Source: Alphaproteobacteria bacterium (GTDB lineage Bacteria; Pseudomonadota; Alphaproteobacteria; MPNO01; UBA830). Taken from it: DNA of 64,000 nt. The first letter of the stretch is position 1. Every line of letters starts with the position of its first letter. A program made the position numbers and the translations under genes. The notes below the pieces were generated by a model. The model saw only the letters and a program-made list of their open reading frames with translations, did not search any database and was not told the DNA's origin. Below are positions 8,508 to 19,078 of the stretch, in pieces. The DNA lies in contig OZ251539.1 of NCBI GenBank assembly GCA_965243135.1, positions 608,001 to 672,000 of the forward strand, given 5' to 3'.

Positions 8508-10835
8508 ATGATCGGTCAGGCGATTCCGCGCACGGAGGATTTTCGGCTACTCACCGGCGGCGGACGGTACGCGGACGACGTCGCGCTGCCGCATCAGGCG
8601 CGCGGATTCGTTCTCAGATCGCCGCACGCTCACGCGCGCATCGCGTCGATCGACGTCTCGGAAGCCGCCGCCATGCCGGGCGTCTTCGCGATCCTGACCG
8701 GCGCCGACTACGTCGCCGACGGGCTCGGCGATCTGAGATGCCTCGCGAAGTGGAACGACCGGCAGCACCAGAACCCGTGCCCGGCGCTGGCCGTCGGACG
8801 GGCGCGTTACGTCGGCGATCCGGTCGCCTTCGTCGTCGCCGGGAGCGTCGCCCAGGCGCGCGACGCGGCCGAAGCCGTCGACGTTCGTTACGAGCCGCTG
8901 CCCGCAATCGTCGCCACCGAACGGGCGATGGACGAAGACGCGCCGCTCGTGTGGGAGGAATGCCCGCGCAACGAATGCTTCCGCGTCGAGCGCGGCTATC
9001 CGGACGAAACCCGGGCGGCGTTCGCGAAGGCCGACCTCGTCGTCGAGCGCAGTTTCCGCATTACCCGAATGGTGACTAACACGCTCGAACCCCGCGCCTG
9101 CGTCGGCAGCTGGGACGGAACCCGCTATACGCTGCACACCGGGCTGCACTATCCGCACAAGCTGCGCGAGCAGCTGGCGACGGAGATTTTCCACGTCGCG
9201 GAACAGGACGTCCGGGTCGTCGCCGGCGACATAGGGGGGAGTTTCGGGCTGCGGGGCGGCACCTATCCCGAGCAGGTGCTGACGCTTTGGGCCTCGCGGC
9301 GCGTCGGACGGCCCGTGAAGTGGACGGCGGAGCGCTCCGAAGGCCACATTGCCGACTACCAGGGCCGCGACAACTTTTCGGTCGCGAAGCTCGCGCTGGA
9401 TCGCGACGGCAACTTTCTCGGCATGCACGTGCGGACGCTCGCGGCGCTCGGCGCCTACATAACGACCGCCGGCAACGGGCCTCCCGTCAACAATCTGGGC
9501 ACGCTCGTCGGAACCTACAAGACGCCAGCGGCCCACGTCGAAGTGTCGGGCGTCTACACCAACACCACGCCGACCTCGCCCTATCGCGGCGCGGGCCGGC
9601 CCGAAGCGGCGTACATCATCGAGACGCTGGTCGACGACGCGGCGCGCAAGCTCGGGCGCGACCCGGCGGAACTCAGGCGCCAAAACACGATTCCGCCGGA
9701 TGCGATGCCGTTCAAGACGGGCCTCGTCTTCACCTACGACTGCGGCGAGTTCGAGCGCAATCTCGACGACGGGCTGGCGATGATCGACTACGCCGGTTTC
9801 GAGGCGCGCCGCCGGGATTCCGAGGCGCGAGGACTGCTTCGGGGCATCGGGATTTCGAACACGATCGAGCGGGCCGGCGCTCCGTCGATCGAGGAAGCCA
9901 CGGTGCGCTTCGACCGCTACGGCGGCGCGACCGTGCTCGCCGGCACGATAAGCCAGGGCCAGGGCCACGAGACGATCTACAAGCAGATCGCGTCGCGGCA
10001 TCTCGGCGTTCCCGCCGACCGCATCCGGGTGCGCGAGGGCGATACGGACCAGCAGGGCATCGGCGGCGGCACCGGCGGATCCCGGTCCGCGACGTGCGGC
10101 GGCTCGGCGGTGTTCCGGGCGGCGGAGGCCACCCTCGCCAAGGCGCGGATTCTGGCCGCCCATCATCTCGAGGCGAGCGTCGAGGACGTCGAGTTCGCGG
10201 ACGGCGCGTTCACCATCGCGGGCACCGACCGGTCGGTCTCTCTGGAGGAGATCGCGCGCCTTTCCTTCGTTCCGGCGCGATTGCCCGAGGGCGCGACAGC
10301 GGGCATCGACGAACGGGCCACGTTCGCGCCCGAGGTTGCGAATTATCCGAACGGCTGCCATGTCTGCGAGGTCGAGATCGATCCCGAGACCGGCGAGGTC
10401 GAGATCGCCGGTTACGTCATCGTCGACGACGTAGGAAACGTTCTCAATCCGCTTCTTCTGAAAGGGCAGATTCACGGCGGCGTTGCTCAAGGCATCGGCC
10501 AGGCGGTCATGGAGCGCGCCGTCTACGACGGGGGCGGGCAGAACCTCGCCGGTTCGTTCATGGATTACGCCCTGCCGCGGGCCGAAGACCTCTGCATGTT
10601 CGACGTCAAGTCTAATCCGGTTCCGACGAAGCAGAACCCGCTCGGCGTGAAGGGTGCCGGCGAAGCGGGAACGGTTGGTGCGCTGCCAGCGGCATTGAAC
10701 GCGATCGAGAACGCTCTCAATCGGGCTGGCGTCGCGTCGATCGAGATGCCGGCATCGCCGGAGCGAGTCTGGAGAGCGGTTGCCGAGGCTCGTGCTGGCG
10801 CGGCGCTTTGCAACCGGGAGTTCCGCGTGGCATAG
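8508..10835 (+). CDS. Xanthine dehydrogenase family molybdopterin-binding subunit (CoxL-like)
   Basis: MIGQAIPRTED..LLTG, RSPHAHARI, IGGSFG, PYRGAGRPE, GQIHGGVAQGIG, KGAGEAG. Confidence 0.93.
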   Translation: MIGQAIPRTEDFRLLTGGGRYADDVALPHQARGFVLRSPHAHARIASIDVSEAAAMPGVFAILTGADYVADGLGDLRCLAKWNDRQHQNPCPALAVGRARYVGDPVAFVVAGSVAQARDAAEAVDVRYEPLPAIVATERAMDEDAPLVWEECPRNECFRVERGYPDETRAAFAKADLVVERSFRITRMVTNTLEPRACVGSWDGTRYTLHTGLHYPHKLREQLATEIFHVAEQDVRVVAGDIGGSFGLRGGTYPEQVLTLWASRRVGRPVKWTAERSEGHIADYQGRDNFSVAKLALDRDGNFLGMHVRTLAALGAYITTAGNGPPVNNLGTLVGTYKTPAAHVEVSGVYTNTTPTSPYRGAGRPEAAYIIETLVDDAARKLGRDPAELRRQNTIPPDAMPFKTGLVFTYDCGEFERNLDDGLAMIDYAGFEARRRDSEARGLLRGIGISNTIERAGAPSIEEATVRFDRYGGATVLAGTISQGQGHETIYKQIASRHLGVPADRIRVREGDTDQQGIGGGTGGSRSATCGGSAVFRAAEATLAKARILAAHHLEASVEDVEFADGAFTIAGTDRSVSLEEIARLSFVPARLPEGATAGIDERATFAPEVANYPNGCHVCEVEIDPETGEVEIAGYVIVDDVGNVLNPLLLKGQIHGGVAQGIGQAVMERAVYDGGGQNLAGSFMDYALPRAEDLCMFDVKSNPVPTKQNPLGVKGAGEAGTVGALPAALNAIENALNRAGVASIEMPASPERVWRAVAEARAGAALCNREFRVA

Positions 10836-10877
10836 TCGGGCTACGGTGCGAAGAATGCCGCCGGGCGGACAGAGAAG

Positions 10878-11561
10878 GTGCCAACCGTGACCGTTCATCC
10901 TGCCCTTGCGGCTTTCGTGTCCGATCTTCGCGCCCTCTGGGACGAGGGCTTGGAGGAAGAAGCTCATTGGCCGTGCGTGAAGGCGTGCCTCGGCGAACTG
11001 ATGCTGGACGAAAGTCTGCGCAAGACCAGCCGCGACTGGCTAGGGCAACGGGGCGAGGAACTCATCCTGCACTACGACGATACGCACGGTTTCTTTGTCG
11101 GCGGGCTGGTGCGGCCCGGGGCGCACGAAGCGATGCCGCACGACCATGCGCATACCTGGACTGCCTATGGAGTACTGGACGGACTGGAAATCACGACCCT
11201 TTACGAGCGCACCGACGACGGCAGCGATCCGGGCAGGGCGATGATTACGGTCTCGGATCGCTACGAGGCACCGGTCGGCCATGTGGATCTTGTCAGGCCG
11301 TGGCAGATCCACGCCGAATCCAACAACGGCGAGCGGTCCGTTGCGATCACCGTCCGAACGGAGAAACCCGGAGGCTACGGGCAGAACATGTTCTTTCCAG
11401 ACGGCACCAGCAACATGAAGTACAAAGGTCTGAAGCTGATTCCGTTTGCGGCGAGGTCTGAGCAAAAGGTTCAGATTGTAGAATCATGTCGATCAGAAGA
11501 CAGTGCTACAACATGCTCGGATGTCGATGATCGATACAGCAACGAGTGGCCGAATAGGTAA
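10878..11561 (+). CDS. Cysteine-dioxygenase-like cupin
   Basis: PHDHAHTW...YERTDDG...PWQIHAE 3-His pattern; last ~35 codons run into AT-rich DNA. Confidence 0.75.
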   Translation: MPTVTVHPALAAFVSDLRALWDEGLEEEAHWPCVKACLGELMLDESLRKTSRDWLGQRGEELILHYDDTHGFFVGGLVRPGAHEAMPHDHAHTWTAYGVLDGLEITTLYERTDDGSDPGRAMITVSDRYEAPVGHVDLVRPWQIHAESNNGERSVAITVRTEKPGGYGQNMFFPDGTSNMKYKGLKLIPFAARSEQKVQIVESCRSEDSATTCSDVDDRYSNEWPNR

Positions 11562-11668
11562 TTTGGTTTTCACAAATGGCGAAACAACCGAGAGAACCTC
11601 AAAAATATTTCACTTGTTCGTCTCTTTGTGCCTAAATGGGCTGGTAGTTAGAGGGTTGGGTACTCGAA

Positions 11669-12895
11669 ATGCCAAATGACGACAAACAGAACTCCGCTAA
11701 TGTCGGTCGGAGAGAAAATGTCAATGATATGACAAAAAACCTGAAAACAAACCTGCCTCCGACGCTTTCTCGCCGGGAAAAATTTTGGTCATGTGCTTTC
11801 CGCATTATAATGCTCGTAACGTCGGTGTTTCTTGCATACGTCTGTTTTCAAATTCTACGAGGAAGTTCAGCAGTTCCAGATTGTGTATGTTGGGTATATC
11901 TTGCTCTGTTCCTGTTTCTTGTGAGTTTGATGTTTGAACGTTATATTGGCCATGAAATAGCTGCTCACAATGCAAGATTGGAGGATGAAAGTGAGGTAAG
12001 ATTATTAATACAAGAGGCCAATCAAATAAAAAATCAGCCCAGATGGGTCGGCGGGAGCTATTCAGATAGAGAATTTGAATCCTTGACTACACAAATAAAT
12101 GAAGAAATAGGTAGATTGGGAGATTTAGGCCCATCTGGCTGGGTAGAATACCAGACATTAGTGCTTGAGCGTCTTGTTGTCGGAGTGCTTGAAGACAGTG
12201 ATTTAATTTCTAAGGCGCGATTGAGTTTGGCGGAAGTTGAAGAATATGCGATGGGTGGCACATTTTCTTATGATTCAAGACAATTCTCGGTTTGGGATAA
12301 GAGGATAAACAGCAGTATTTTGAAGATTGAAGAAAATATTCTGAGGGGTGAAAAAGAGGACAAACGTCCCGTAGAAAACTTGCGGTCAGATTTACGTTCT
12401 TTGTTGGATCATATCGCGGCTTATAAGATGAACTGGTCTTTGGGAAAAACCATAATCAATCAAATCAAGATATGCGGCGCGACAGCAGTGATCATTTTTG
12501 TGATCGCTGGGCTTTTCGATATCTACTATCCTAATGTTTCCTCTAAAGCAGACTCACCTGTTTTGGGTTTGTTTAGTTGGGGGTTACTTGGTAGTGCGGG
12601 AGCGATTATTAGCGTATTATATAACTTGAGAAATACCGATATTGTCGAAGTCGGAAATACCCAAGGATCAAAGGAACTATGGGATGCGGTACTTGGCGCG
12701 GTTCTCGGATTTGTTGCTGGTATTCTTGTGTTGTCGATATTGGCTGGAAGGGTAATTTTGAGCGGCGCGGCTGTACCCGATGTTTTTGCAAGCTACGAAG
12801 CAAGTCACGTTTATCTTTCCGTTACTTGGGCTGTTGTCGCTGGCATGGGGCTAGAGAAAGTCTTTAATCGAGTACGTAAGTTAACTAATCTCTAG
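11669..12895 (+). CDS. Hypothetical multi-pass membrane protein (2 N-terminal TM, soluble helical domain, ~4 C-terminal TM)
   Basis: 408 aa ORF with AT-rich codon usage; hydrophobic segments; GSAGAIIS...AVLGAVLG...VVAGMGLEK. Confidence 0.8.
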   Translation: MPNDDKQNSANVGRRENVNDMTKNLKTNLPPTLSRREKFWSCAFRIIMLVTSVFLAYVCFQILRGSSAVPDCVCWVYLALFLFLVSLMFERYIGHEIAAHNARLEDESEVRLLIQEANQIKNQPRWVGGSYSDREFESLTTQINEEIGRLGDLGPSGWVEYQTLVLERLVVGVLEDSDLISKARLSLAEVEEYAMGGTFSYDSRQFSVWDKRINSSILKIEENILRGEKEDKRPVENLRSDLRSLLDHIAAYKMNWSLGKTIINQIKICGATAVIIFVIAGLFDIYYPNVSSKADSPVLGLFSWGLLGSAGAIISVLYNLRNTDIVEVGNTQGSKELWDAVLGAVLGFVAGILVLSILAGRVILSGAAVPDVFASYEASHVYLSVTWAVVAGMGLEKVFNRVRKLTNL

Positions 12896-12956
12896 TCCAA
12901 TGGTTGCGTTGATTGAGTCGGACACCACACCACACCACAACTTGCGGCGGTTTCAA

Positions 12957-13361
12957 ATGCAGAAAGATGATCGAAGACATGGTTCATGTTCGATTTACGG
13001 ATATGAACTTATACTCGATATGTTTGAATGCAACACAACGTTATTCAATCGGAAAGATATTGATCTTTTCTTTACGGATCTTTGCGAACTAATAGATATG
13101 ACGAGATGTGAGGTTCACTTCTGGGATGATGAAGGTTTGCCTGAAGAAGAGCGACAGACTTCCCCGCATACAAAAGGAACTTCTGCAGTTTGCTTCATAC
13201 TGACTAGCAGCATCGTTATACATACGCTTGACATTCTGAAATCCGTGTATATAAACGTTTTCTCATGTAAGAGATTCGATCCAAATATCGTAGCGGAATT
13301 TGCGAGGAAAAGATTCGAGGCGACATCGTTCAAGACCAATTTCCTAGAGCGCATGATGTAG
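12957..13361 (+). CDS. S-adenosylmethionine-decarboxylase-like pyruvoyl proenzyme (alternative start 12900)
   Basis: YGYELILDMFEC, GTSAVCFILTSSIVIHT, YINVFSCKRFD match the short prokaryotic AdoMetDC fold. Confidence 0.8.
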   Translation: MQKDDRRHGSCSIYGYELILDMFECNTTLFNRKDIDLFFTDLCELIDMTRCEVHFWDDEGLPEEERQTSPHTKGTSAVCFILTSSIVIHTLDILKSVYINVFSCKRFDPNIVAEFARKRFEATSFKTNFLERMM

Positions 13362-13372
13362 GAACACGGGAT

Positions 13373-14770
13373 GTGAAGATGCTTCTTCGAGAAATCGAAA
13401 TAGACCTATCGATTAACCTAGATCGGCCTGGCGTCTTGTCTCGAATTCAAGAGGCTATTGATCTTCGTATCTCTCCTAATGTTCGACCCTTAAAATTCGC
13501 CATCACAAACTCATATAGTTCAAATTTGAGGTGTCAAGTTAGCGGCTTGATGTACAGAAATAACATCTTCAATGATAAGGAATTGTCCATTTTTGATTTC
13601 ACCTATCGGGATACACAATGTTCTGATCAATTTAACGTAGTGTTTTTGGTGCCGACAGGAATAGGGGCGGAGATCGGTGGCCACGCGGGCGACGCCGCCC
13701 CCGCATCGCAACTCATTTCCGAAACTTGCGATTCTCTAATTCTTCACCCAAATGTTGTTAATGCGTCCGACATTAACGAGATGCCAAACAATTCTCTTTA
13801 CGTTGAAGGTAGCGTTATTACGCGCTTGCTTATGGGAACCATAGGGCTTGGGTTCACACGGTCTAATCGGGTATTAACAATTATCGACGGAGAGGCGGAG
13901 GATGCATTTCAAAATGCCGCCGTCAACGCGGTAAATGCAGCGAGGTCTTCTTACGGATTGAACTGTTCTCGGATAATTAGCCTGAACCCTGCGGTCAAGA
14001 TGAAGGCAGCATTCACTCAATCAGGAACGGCTGCAGGAAGCATTGATGGATTGGAGAGGCTATTCGATATTCTTGATGATCATCGGGAAGAGTATGACGC
14101 AATTGCTCTTTCGTCGATTATCTGCGTGCCGAAAGACTTTCACAAGAAATATTTTGATTCCGGAGGGGATATGATTAATCCGTGGGGCGGCGTGGAGGCA
14201 ATGCTTACCCATGCGGTATCTCAAAAGCTGAATTTGCCGTCAGCTCATGCTCCGATGTTTGAATCGTTGGAGGTCGCAAATCAGTATCCTAGGATCGTAG
14301 ATCCCCGTATGGCTGCCGAGGCAATTTCTTTGACTTTTCTTCAATGTGTGCTTAAAGGTCTAAGAACTAGCCCAAAGATAATCGATGATCCGGCGAAGTT
14401 CGTTAACCAAGGGGTAATTTCTGCGGCGGATATCGCTTGTCTTGTTATCCCCGATGGTTGTTTAGGTTTGCCGACGTTAGCTGCGCTGGAGCAGGGTATT
14501 ACTGTTATAGCGGTGCGTGAAAATGAAAACCTTATGAAAAACGACTTAGCAGCGTTGCCATGGCGGGCAGATCAGTTCTATTTGGTTGAAAATTACTGGG
14601 AAGCAGCAGGTGTGCTGTGCGCACTTCGTGGCGGAATTATGCCGAGCGCTGTGCGGCGTCCATTAGAACAAACTTCCGTGGAGATTCGGTCGGTCGGTCA
14701 GAAGGGTGAATTGAAAAACCCGAAGGATCACGACGCGAAAGAAAAAGAGAGCTGGCGGAAGAGAGCGTAA
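13373..14770 (+). CDS. DUF3326-family protein with N-terminal extension
   Basis: VPTGIGAEIGGHAGDA, HPNVVNA, LYVEG, NPWGGVEAMLTH, SAHAP, VENYWEAAG. Confidence 0.85.
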   Translation: MKMLLREIEIDLSINLDRPGVLSRIQEAIDLRISPNVRPLKFAITNSYSSNLRCQVSGLMYRNNIFNDKELSIFDFTYRDTQCSDQFNVVFLVPTGIGAEIGGHAGDAAPASQLISETCDSLILHPNVVNASDINEMPNNSLYVEGSVITRLLMGTIGLGFTRSNRVLTIIDGEAEDAFQNAAVNAVNAARSSYGLNCSRIISLNPAVKMKAAFTQSGTAAGSIDGLERLFDILDDHREEYDAIALSSIICVPKDFHKKYFDSGGDMINPWGGVEAMLTHAVSQKLNLPSAHAPMFESLEVANQYPRIVDPRMAAEAISLTFLQCVLKGLRTSPKIIDDPAKFVNQGVISAADIACLVIPDGCLGLPTLAALEQGITVIAVRENENLMKNDLAALPWRADQFYLVENYWEAAGVLCALRGGIMPSAVRRPLEQTSVEIRSVGQKGELKNPKDHDAKEKESWRKRA

Positions 14771-14787
14771 AATAGTTTCTGGAAATT

Positions 14788-15648
14788 TCAGGAACTACCG
14801 AGCACGGTCGTTCGGTGAATCAGACGGATATCGGGATATTCGTAGCCGCCCGTGGCGCGGTGGTTGACGCAGCGGTTGTCCCACATCACGAGATCGCCGT
14901 CTTCCCACCGGTGGCGGTAGCGGTATTCCTTTCCTGCCGAATGCGCAATCAACTCGTCCAGCAGCGTATCGGCTGCCTCATCGTCGAGGCCCGCCAAACG
15001 GTAGGTGAAGCGCGGCGAGCAGAACAGGGACGTCCGTCCGGTTTCCGGGTGAACGCTGGCCAGCGGGTGTTCGACGTCCGGATTTTCCCGCTCCTGCTTG
15101 GCGTAGAACTCGGCCGCGTTCTCGCGCTCGCCCGACATCGGCGCGCGCTTGTTCTTGAGCTTGCTGATCGAGTTTACGCCATGAAGACCCGCGACGCGCC
15201 GTTTGGTCGCTTCGGGCAGGGATTCGTAGGCGAGGTATTGGTTGGCGAAATCCGTGGCGCCGCCCCTCGACGGGTTCCTCAGCGAATAGAGGATCGTGCA
15301 TTTCGCTGGCACCGGCTTGAACTGCAGGTCGCTGTGCCAGACGTCGCCCGCGTCGACCACGCCGATGTGGCGGCCGTTCGCGTCGACGTCGTTTGACAGC
15401 ACGAGTATTTCCGGGTTGTCTCGAAGGGCGTATCTCGCGTTGTCGTGGACGACGACGCGACCGAAGCGCTGTGAAAAGGCGATCTGGTGTTCCGGCGAGA
15501 GGTGTTGCTTCCGGAAGCATAGCACCTGATGGGCGAGAAACGCCTCGTTGACCTCGGCGAAGGTTTCGTCGTCCATCGGCTGCGACAGGTCGAGCCCGAC
15601 GATTTCCGCGCCGAGCGCTTCGCTGAGTCGACCGATTCTCCAAGTCAC
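14788..15648 (-). CDS. TauD/TfdA family 2-oxoglutarate/Fe(II) dioxygenase
   Basis: LGAEIVGLDL, WHSD, GGATDFAN, HPETGR, WDNRCVNH. Confidence 0.93.
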   Translation of the reverse strand: MTWRIGRLSEALGAEIVGLDLSQPMDDETFAEVNEAFLAHQVLCFRKQHLSPEHQIAFSQRFGRVVVHDNARYALRDNPEILVLSNDVDANGRHIGVVDAGDVWHSDLQFKPVPAKCTILYSLRNPSRGGATDFANQYLAYESLPEATKRRVAGLHGVNSISKLKNKRAPMSGERENAAEFYAKQERENPDVEHPLASVHPETGRTSLFCSPRFTYRLAGLDDEAADTLLDELIAHSAGKEYRYRHRWEDGDLVMWDNRCVNHRATGGYEYPDIRLIHRTTVLGSS

Positions 15649-15663
15649 CGAACGAATTTTCTC

Positions 15664-16419
15664 CTACGACATTACCGTGCCGCCGTCGACGGCGATCGTC
15701 TGGCCGGTCACGAAGCCGCTGGCGTCGGAAGCTAGCCACATCACGGTGCCGACCATGTCCTCCGGGTGCGGATTGCGCTTGAGGCACTGGTCGTTCTTGA
15801 TGACTTCGAGCGCGGCGTCCATCTTTCCGCCGAAAAACTCCGCCGTTCCCTCGGTCACGACGGCGGTGGGGGCGATCGCGTTGACTCGAATTTCGTGGCG
15901 CCCGAGCTCGCGGGCCAGCGCTCGCGTCATGCCGATGACGGCCGCTTTCGAAGTCGTGTAGTGGAGGGCGTAGGGCAGGCCATAGGTCGCGGCAAGCGAG
16001 GCGACATTGATGATCGAGCCGCCGCCCGCCTGCCGGATGAGCGGAACGATCGCCTTGCAGCAGTTCCAGATGCCCTTGACGTTGACGTTCATGGTCCGAT
16101 CCCACTCGTCCTCGTCGAGCTGGTCGAACCTGCCGCCGGTAAGCGCGCCGTAGAGCGCTGCGTTGTTGATCAGCACGTTGGCTCCGCCGAAAGCCTCCGC
16201 GGCGCACCCGGCCATCTCTGTTACCGTATTCATGTCGGTGACGTCCAGCGAGACGCCGATCGCCGTTCCTCCGTCGGTTTCGATCCGACGAAGCGTATCG
16301 CCGCAGTCGATCACGTCGCCGGCAACGACCTTCGCGCCGAGTTTCGACGCCGCGACGGCATAAGTCTGGCCCAGGCCCCGTCCGGCGCCAGTTACGACTA
16401 CGACTTTTCCTTCAAGCAT
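15664..16419 (-). CDS. Short-chain dehydrogenase/reductase
   Basis: TGAGRGLG, NNAA, YTTSK, TGQTIAVDGG. Confidence 0.93.
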   Translation of the reverse strand: MLEGKVVVVTGAGRGLGQTYAVAASKLGAKVVAGDVIDCGDTLRRIETDGGTAIGVSLDVTDMNTVTEMAGCAAEAFGGANVLINNAALYGALTGGRFDQLDEDEWDRTMNVNVKGIWNCCKAIVPLIRQAGGGSIINVASLAATYGLPYALHYTTSKAAVIGMTRALARELGRHEIRVNAIAPTAVVTEGTAEFFGGKMDAALEVIKNDQCLKRNPHPEDMVGTVMWLASDASGFVTGQTIAVDGGTVMS

Positions 16420-16428
16420 TTCGTTTCC

Positions 16429-16893
16429 TTATGACGGCTTGACGCGCAGCTTGAGTTTTAGACCGGCGACCCGCCAGATATCCAGCCCCGAAATCGATGC
16501 CACCTCCGGAAGCGGCAAACGGGTTTCCGTGAGAAGGATTCGAGCGTGCGCCAGAGGGTTCCGCCGACGCGGGTTGAGATGCACATGCTGTATACCCCAA
16601 GTCTTTTTCCGACGTCTTTCGTTGCCGTCGAGGCCGCGGGCATAGGCGGCCTTGAGCGCTTCTTCGTACTGAGCCTTGTCGTTTCTGGAGCGAACTTCGC
16701 TGTCGCGCCGCGACAGCTCCTTCCGGGCTACCGCTTCGGGCGGCGTTCCGCGTGCGGCTTCCTCCAGAGTCAGGCCGCGGCGCCGGGCCATGCGCTCGGC
16801 TGCCTTCAGCGCGTTCTCGCGTTCGCCGGCGAACGGACTTTCCTTCGCCATCAGCAGCAAATTACGAAAACGTTCGCGCTCCGCGGGGGTCAT
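16429..16893 (-). CDS. Hypothetical protein, DUF2786-like N-terminus, C-terminal HTH-like segment
   Basis: SPFAGERENALKAAERMA; LPLPEVASISGLDIWRV. Confidence 0.65.
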   Translation of the reverse strand: MTPAERERFRNLLLMAKESPFAGERENALKAAERMARRRGLTLEEAARGTPPEAVARKELSRRDSEVRSRNDKAQYEEALKAAYARGLDGNERRRKKTWGIQHVHLNPRRRNPLAHARILLTETRLPLPEVASISGLDIWRVAGLKLKLRVKPS

Positions 16894-17031
16894 GGCGGTC
16901 GTGGTCCTCAGGCTCCGAGGGAGCGCATTATATCGCCAGCCCGCCGAAACGTCTGGAAGGAGGAATCATGGAGAGATCCTTCCGGGGAAACAGGCCGCTG
17001 GCGGCGCCGGATTCCGGGAGCATGGGATTGG

Positions 17032-18060
17032 TCAAAGTTCCGAGCGGACGATTGCAGCGCCGTCGCACATGGCCTTGAGCTTGCCGAAGGCGACTTTCCG
17101 CGACATGTATTTCATGCCGCAATCGGGGGCTACGACGATCCTTTCCGGCGCGACATGATCGAAGGCCCGACGGATGCGCTCCGCAACGGTCTCGGGGGAC
17201 TCGATTTCGTCCGTTCCGAGGTTCAGCACCCCGAGCATGATCTTCTTGCCGGGCAGCGAATCCAGCACCGCGAGGTCGAGGCCGGACTGCGCCGTTTCGA
17301 TCGAAATCTGGTCGGCCGCGCAGGCGTTCAACTCCGGCAGGAACGAATAGCCCTCCGGCCGGTCATGCACGATGTGGGCGTAACCGAAACACAGATGGAC
17401 CGCGGTTTCTCCCGTCGCGCCCTCGAGGGCGCGGTTGATGGCCTTGACTGCGTATTTCCGGGCGATCTCCGGCCGCGCCTGCATATAGGGCTCGTCGAGC
17501 TGCACGACATCGGCACCGGCGGCGAACAGGTCGCGAATTTCTTCGGCGACCGCCGCTGCGTAATCCATCGCGGCGGCCTCGTCGTCGGGATAGTGGTCGT
17601 TCTGCGCCTGCTGAGTCATGGTGAACGGGCCGGGCAGGGTGATCTTGATCCGCCGGTCGGTGTTGGCGCGAAGAAACTTCACGTCGTCGACCTCGATCGG
17701 TCGTTCGCGCCGGATCGGTCCGGCGATGCGCGGGACCGGATTGGGATGGCCGGTGCGGTCGACCGCGGTGCCGGGGTTGTCGATGTCGATGCCGCCGAGA
17801 GCCGTGGCGACGCGGTTGGAGTAGCTCTCGCGGCGGACCTCGCCGTCGGAGACGATGTCGACGCCAGCGCGTTCCTGATCCCGAATGGCGAGCAGCGTGG
17901 CGTCGTTTCGTGCCTCTTCGAGGAATTCGGGCGCGACCCGCCAGATTTCCCGAGCCCGCACGCGGGGCGGCAGACGGCCCCTGAGATTGTCGCGGTCCAC
18001 AAGCCAGTCGGGCTGCACGTAGCTGCCGACGACCGTGGTGGGCAAAATCTTTTCCGTCAT
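17032..18060 (-). CDS. Cobalamin-independent methionine synthase II family protein (single catalytic barrel)
   Basis: [38 protein letters not shown]. Confidence 0.9.
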   Translation of the reverse strand: MTEKILPTTVVGSYVQPDWLVDRDNLRGRLPPRVRAREIWRVAPEFLEEARNDATLLAIRDQERAGVDIVSDGEVRRESYSNRVATALGGIDIDNPGTAVDRTGHPNPVPRIAGPIRRERPIEVDDVKFLRANTDRRIKITLPGPFTMTQQAQNDHYPDDEAAAMDYAAAVAEEIRDLFAAGADVVQLDEPYMQARPEIARKYAVKAINRALEGATGETAVHLCFGYAHIVHDRPEGYSFLPELNACAADQISIETAQSGLDLAVLDSLPGKKIMLGVLNLGTDEIESPETVAERIRRAFDHVAPERIVVAPDCGMKYMSRKVAFGKLKAMCDGAAIVRSEL

Positions 18061-18485
18061 TCGTTCACCTTTCGCGTTTCTTCGAGGCGGAGCCGGATTC
18101 CGCCGTCTTCCGTTGTTTGCAGCGAGCGGAAGAAGCACGATCTGTATCCGACGTGGCAGGCGCCTTCGCGTTGCGGCCGGACGCGCAGGAGAATCGCATC
18201 CTGATCGCAATCGACGCGGATTTCGCTTACCTTCTGAATTTGGCCGCTCGTCGCGCCCTTGTGCCACAACTCGCCGCGGCTTCGGCTCCAGTACCACGCC
18301 TCGCCGCTGTCGATCGTGCGCGAGACCGCCTCCTCGTTCATCCAGGCCATCATCAGCACCTCGCCGGAATCGGCGTCGATAGCGATCGCGGCCACAAGGC
18401 CGTCGGCGTTGAAGCGCGGCGCAAAGCGGTCACCTTCCTGGAGTTCGGCGCTTCCGAGGGAGTCGGCTGTCGGAAAGCGGCTCAC
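18057..18485 (-). CDS. hisI: Phosphoribosyl-AMP cyclohydrolase
   Basis: [32 protein letters not shown]; GTG start just after the folE stop. Confidence 0.95.
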   Translation of the reverse strand: MSRFPTADSLGSAELQEGDRFAPRFNADGLVAAIAIDADSGEVLMMAWMNEEAVSRTIDSGEAWYWSRSRGELWHKGATSGQIQKVSEIRVDCDQDAILLRVRPQREGACHVGYRSCFFRSLQTTEDGGIRLRLEETRKVNE

Positions 18486-18487
18486 GT

Positions 18488-19078
18488 TCAGCCGTTCCGG
18501 ATCATGGCGAGAAATTCCCGGCGCGTGGACGGATCGTCGCGGAAGGCGCCGAGCATGTGACTGGTTATCGTGCCTGCGCCCGGCTTGTGAACTCCGCGCG
18601 TGGTCATGCACTGGTGACGCGCTTCGATCACGACTGCGACTCCCTGCGGCTGCAAGACGCGGTCGATCGTAGAGGCGATGTCGACAGTCATCTTTTCCTG
18701 GATCTGCAGCCGCCTCGCGAAAATGTCGACGACCCGTGCGAGCTTGCTGATGCCGACCACTCGTCTGGCCGGAATGTAGGCGACATGCGCCTTGCCGATG
18801 ATCGGCACCATGTGATGCTCGCAATGGGATTCCACCTCGATGTCGCGGATCAACACCATTTCGTCGTACCCGCCCGTTTCCTCGAAGGTTCGTCTGAGGA
18901 CCTCTTCGGGGTCGAGAGAATATCCCCGGAAGAATTCGTCGTAGGCGCGTGCGACGCGCCCCGGGGTGTCCCGCAGCCCCTCCCGCGAGGGGTCGTCGCC
19001 AGCCCAACGAATGAGGGTGCGGACCGCTTCTTCCGCATCTTCCCGCGTCGGGTGTTTGGTTTCGACGACTGCGTCCAT
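18488..19078 (-). CDS. folE: GTP cyclohydrolase I
   Basis: [41 protein letters not shown]. Confidence 0.97.
   Translation of the reverse strand: MDAVVETKHPTREDAEEAVRTLIRWAGDDPSREGLRDTPGRVARAYDEFFRGYSLDPEEVLRRTFEETGGYDEMVLIRDIEVESHCEHHMVPIIGKAHVAYIPARRVVGISKLARVVDIFARRLQIQEKMTVDIASTIDRVLQPQGVAVVIEARHQCMTTRGVHKPGAGTITSHMLGAFRDDPSTRREFLAMIRNG

Noticed and set aside
8508-10835. Aerobic CO dehydrogenase (coxL)
   Set aside because: Active-site loop is PYRGAGR, not form I AYRCSFR, and coxM/coxS are not adjacent
879-10967. Very long overlapping ORFs (879-3611+, 4273-6255+, 5468-7885+, 8547-10967-)
   Set aside because: Antisense shadows of well-supported GC-rich genes; no motifs
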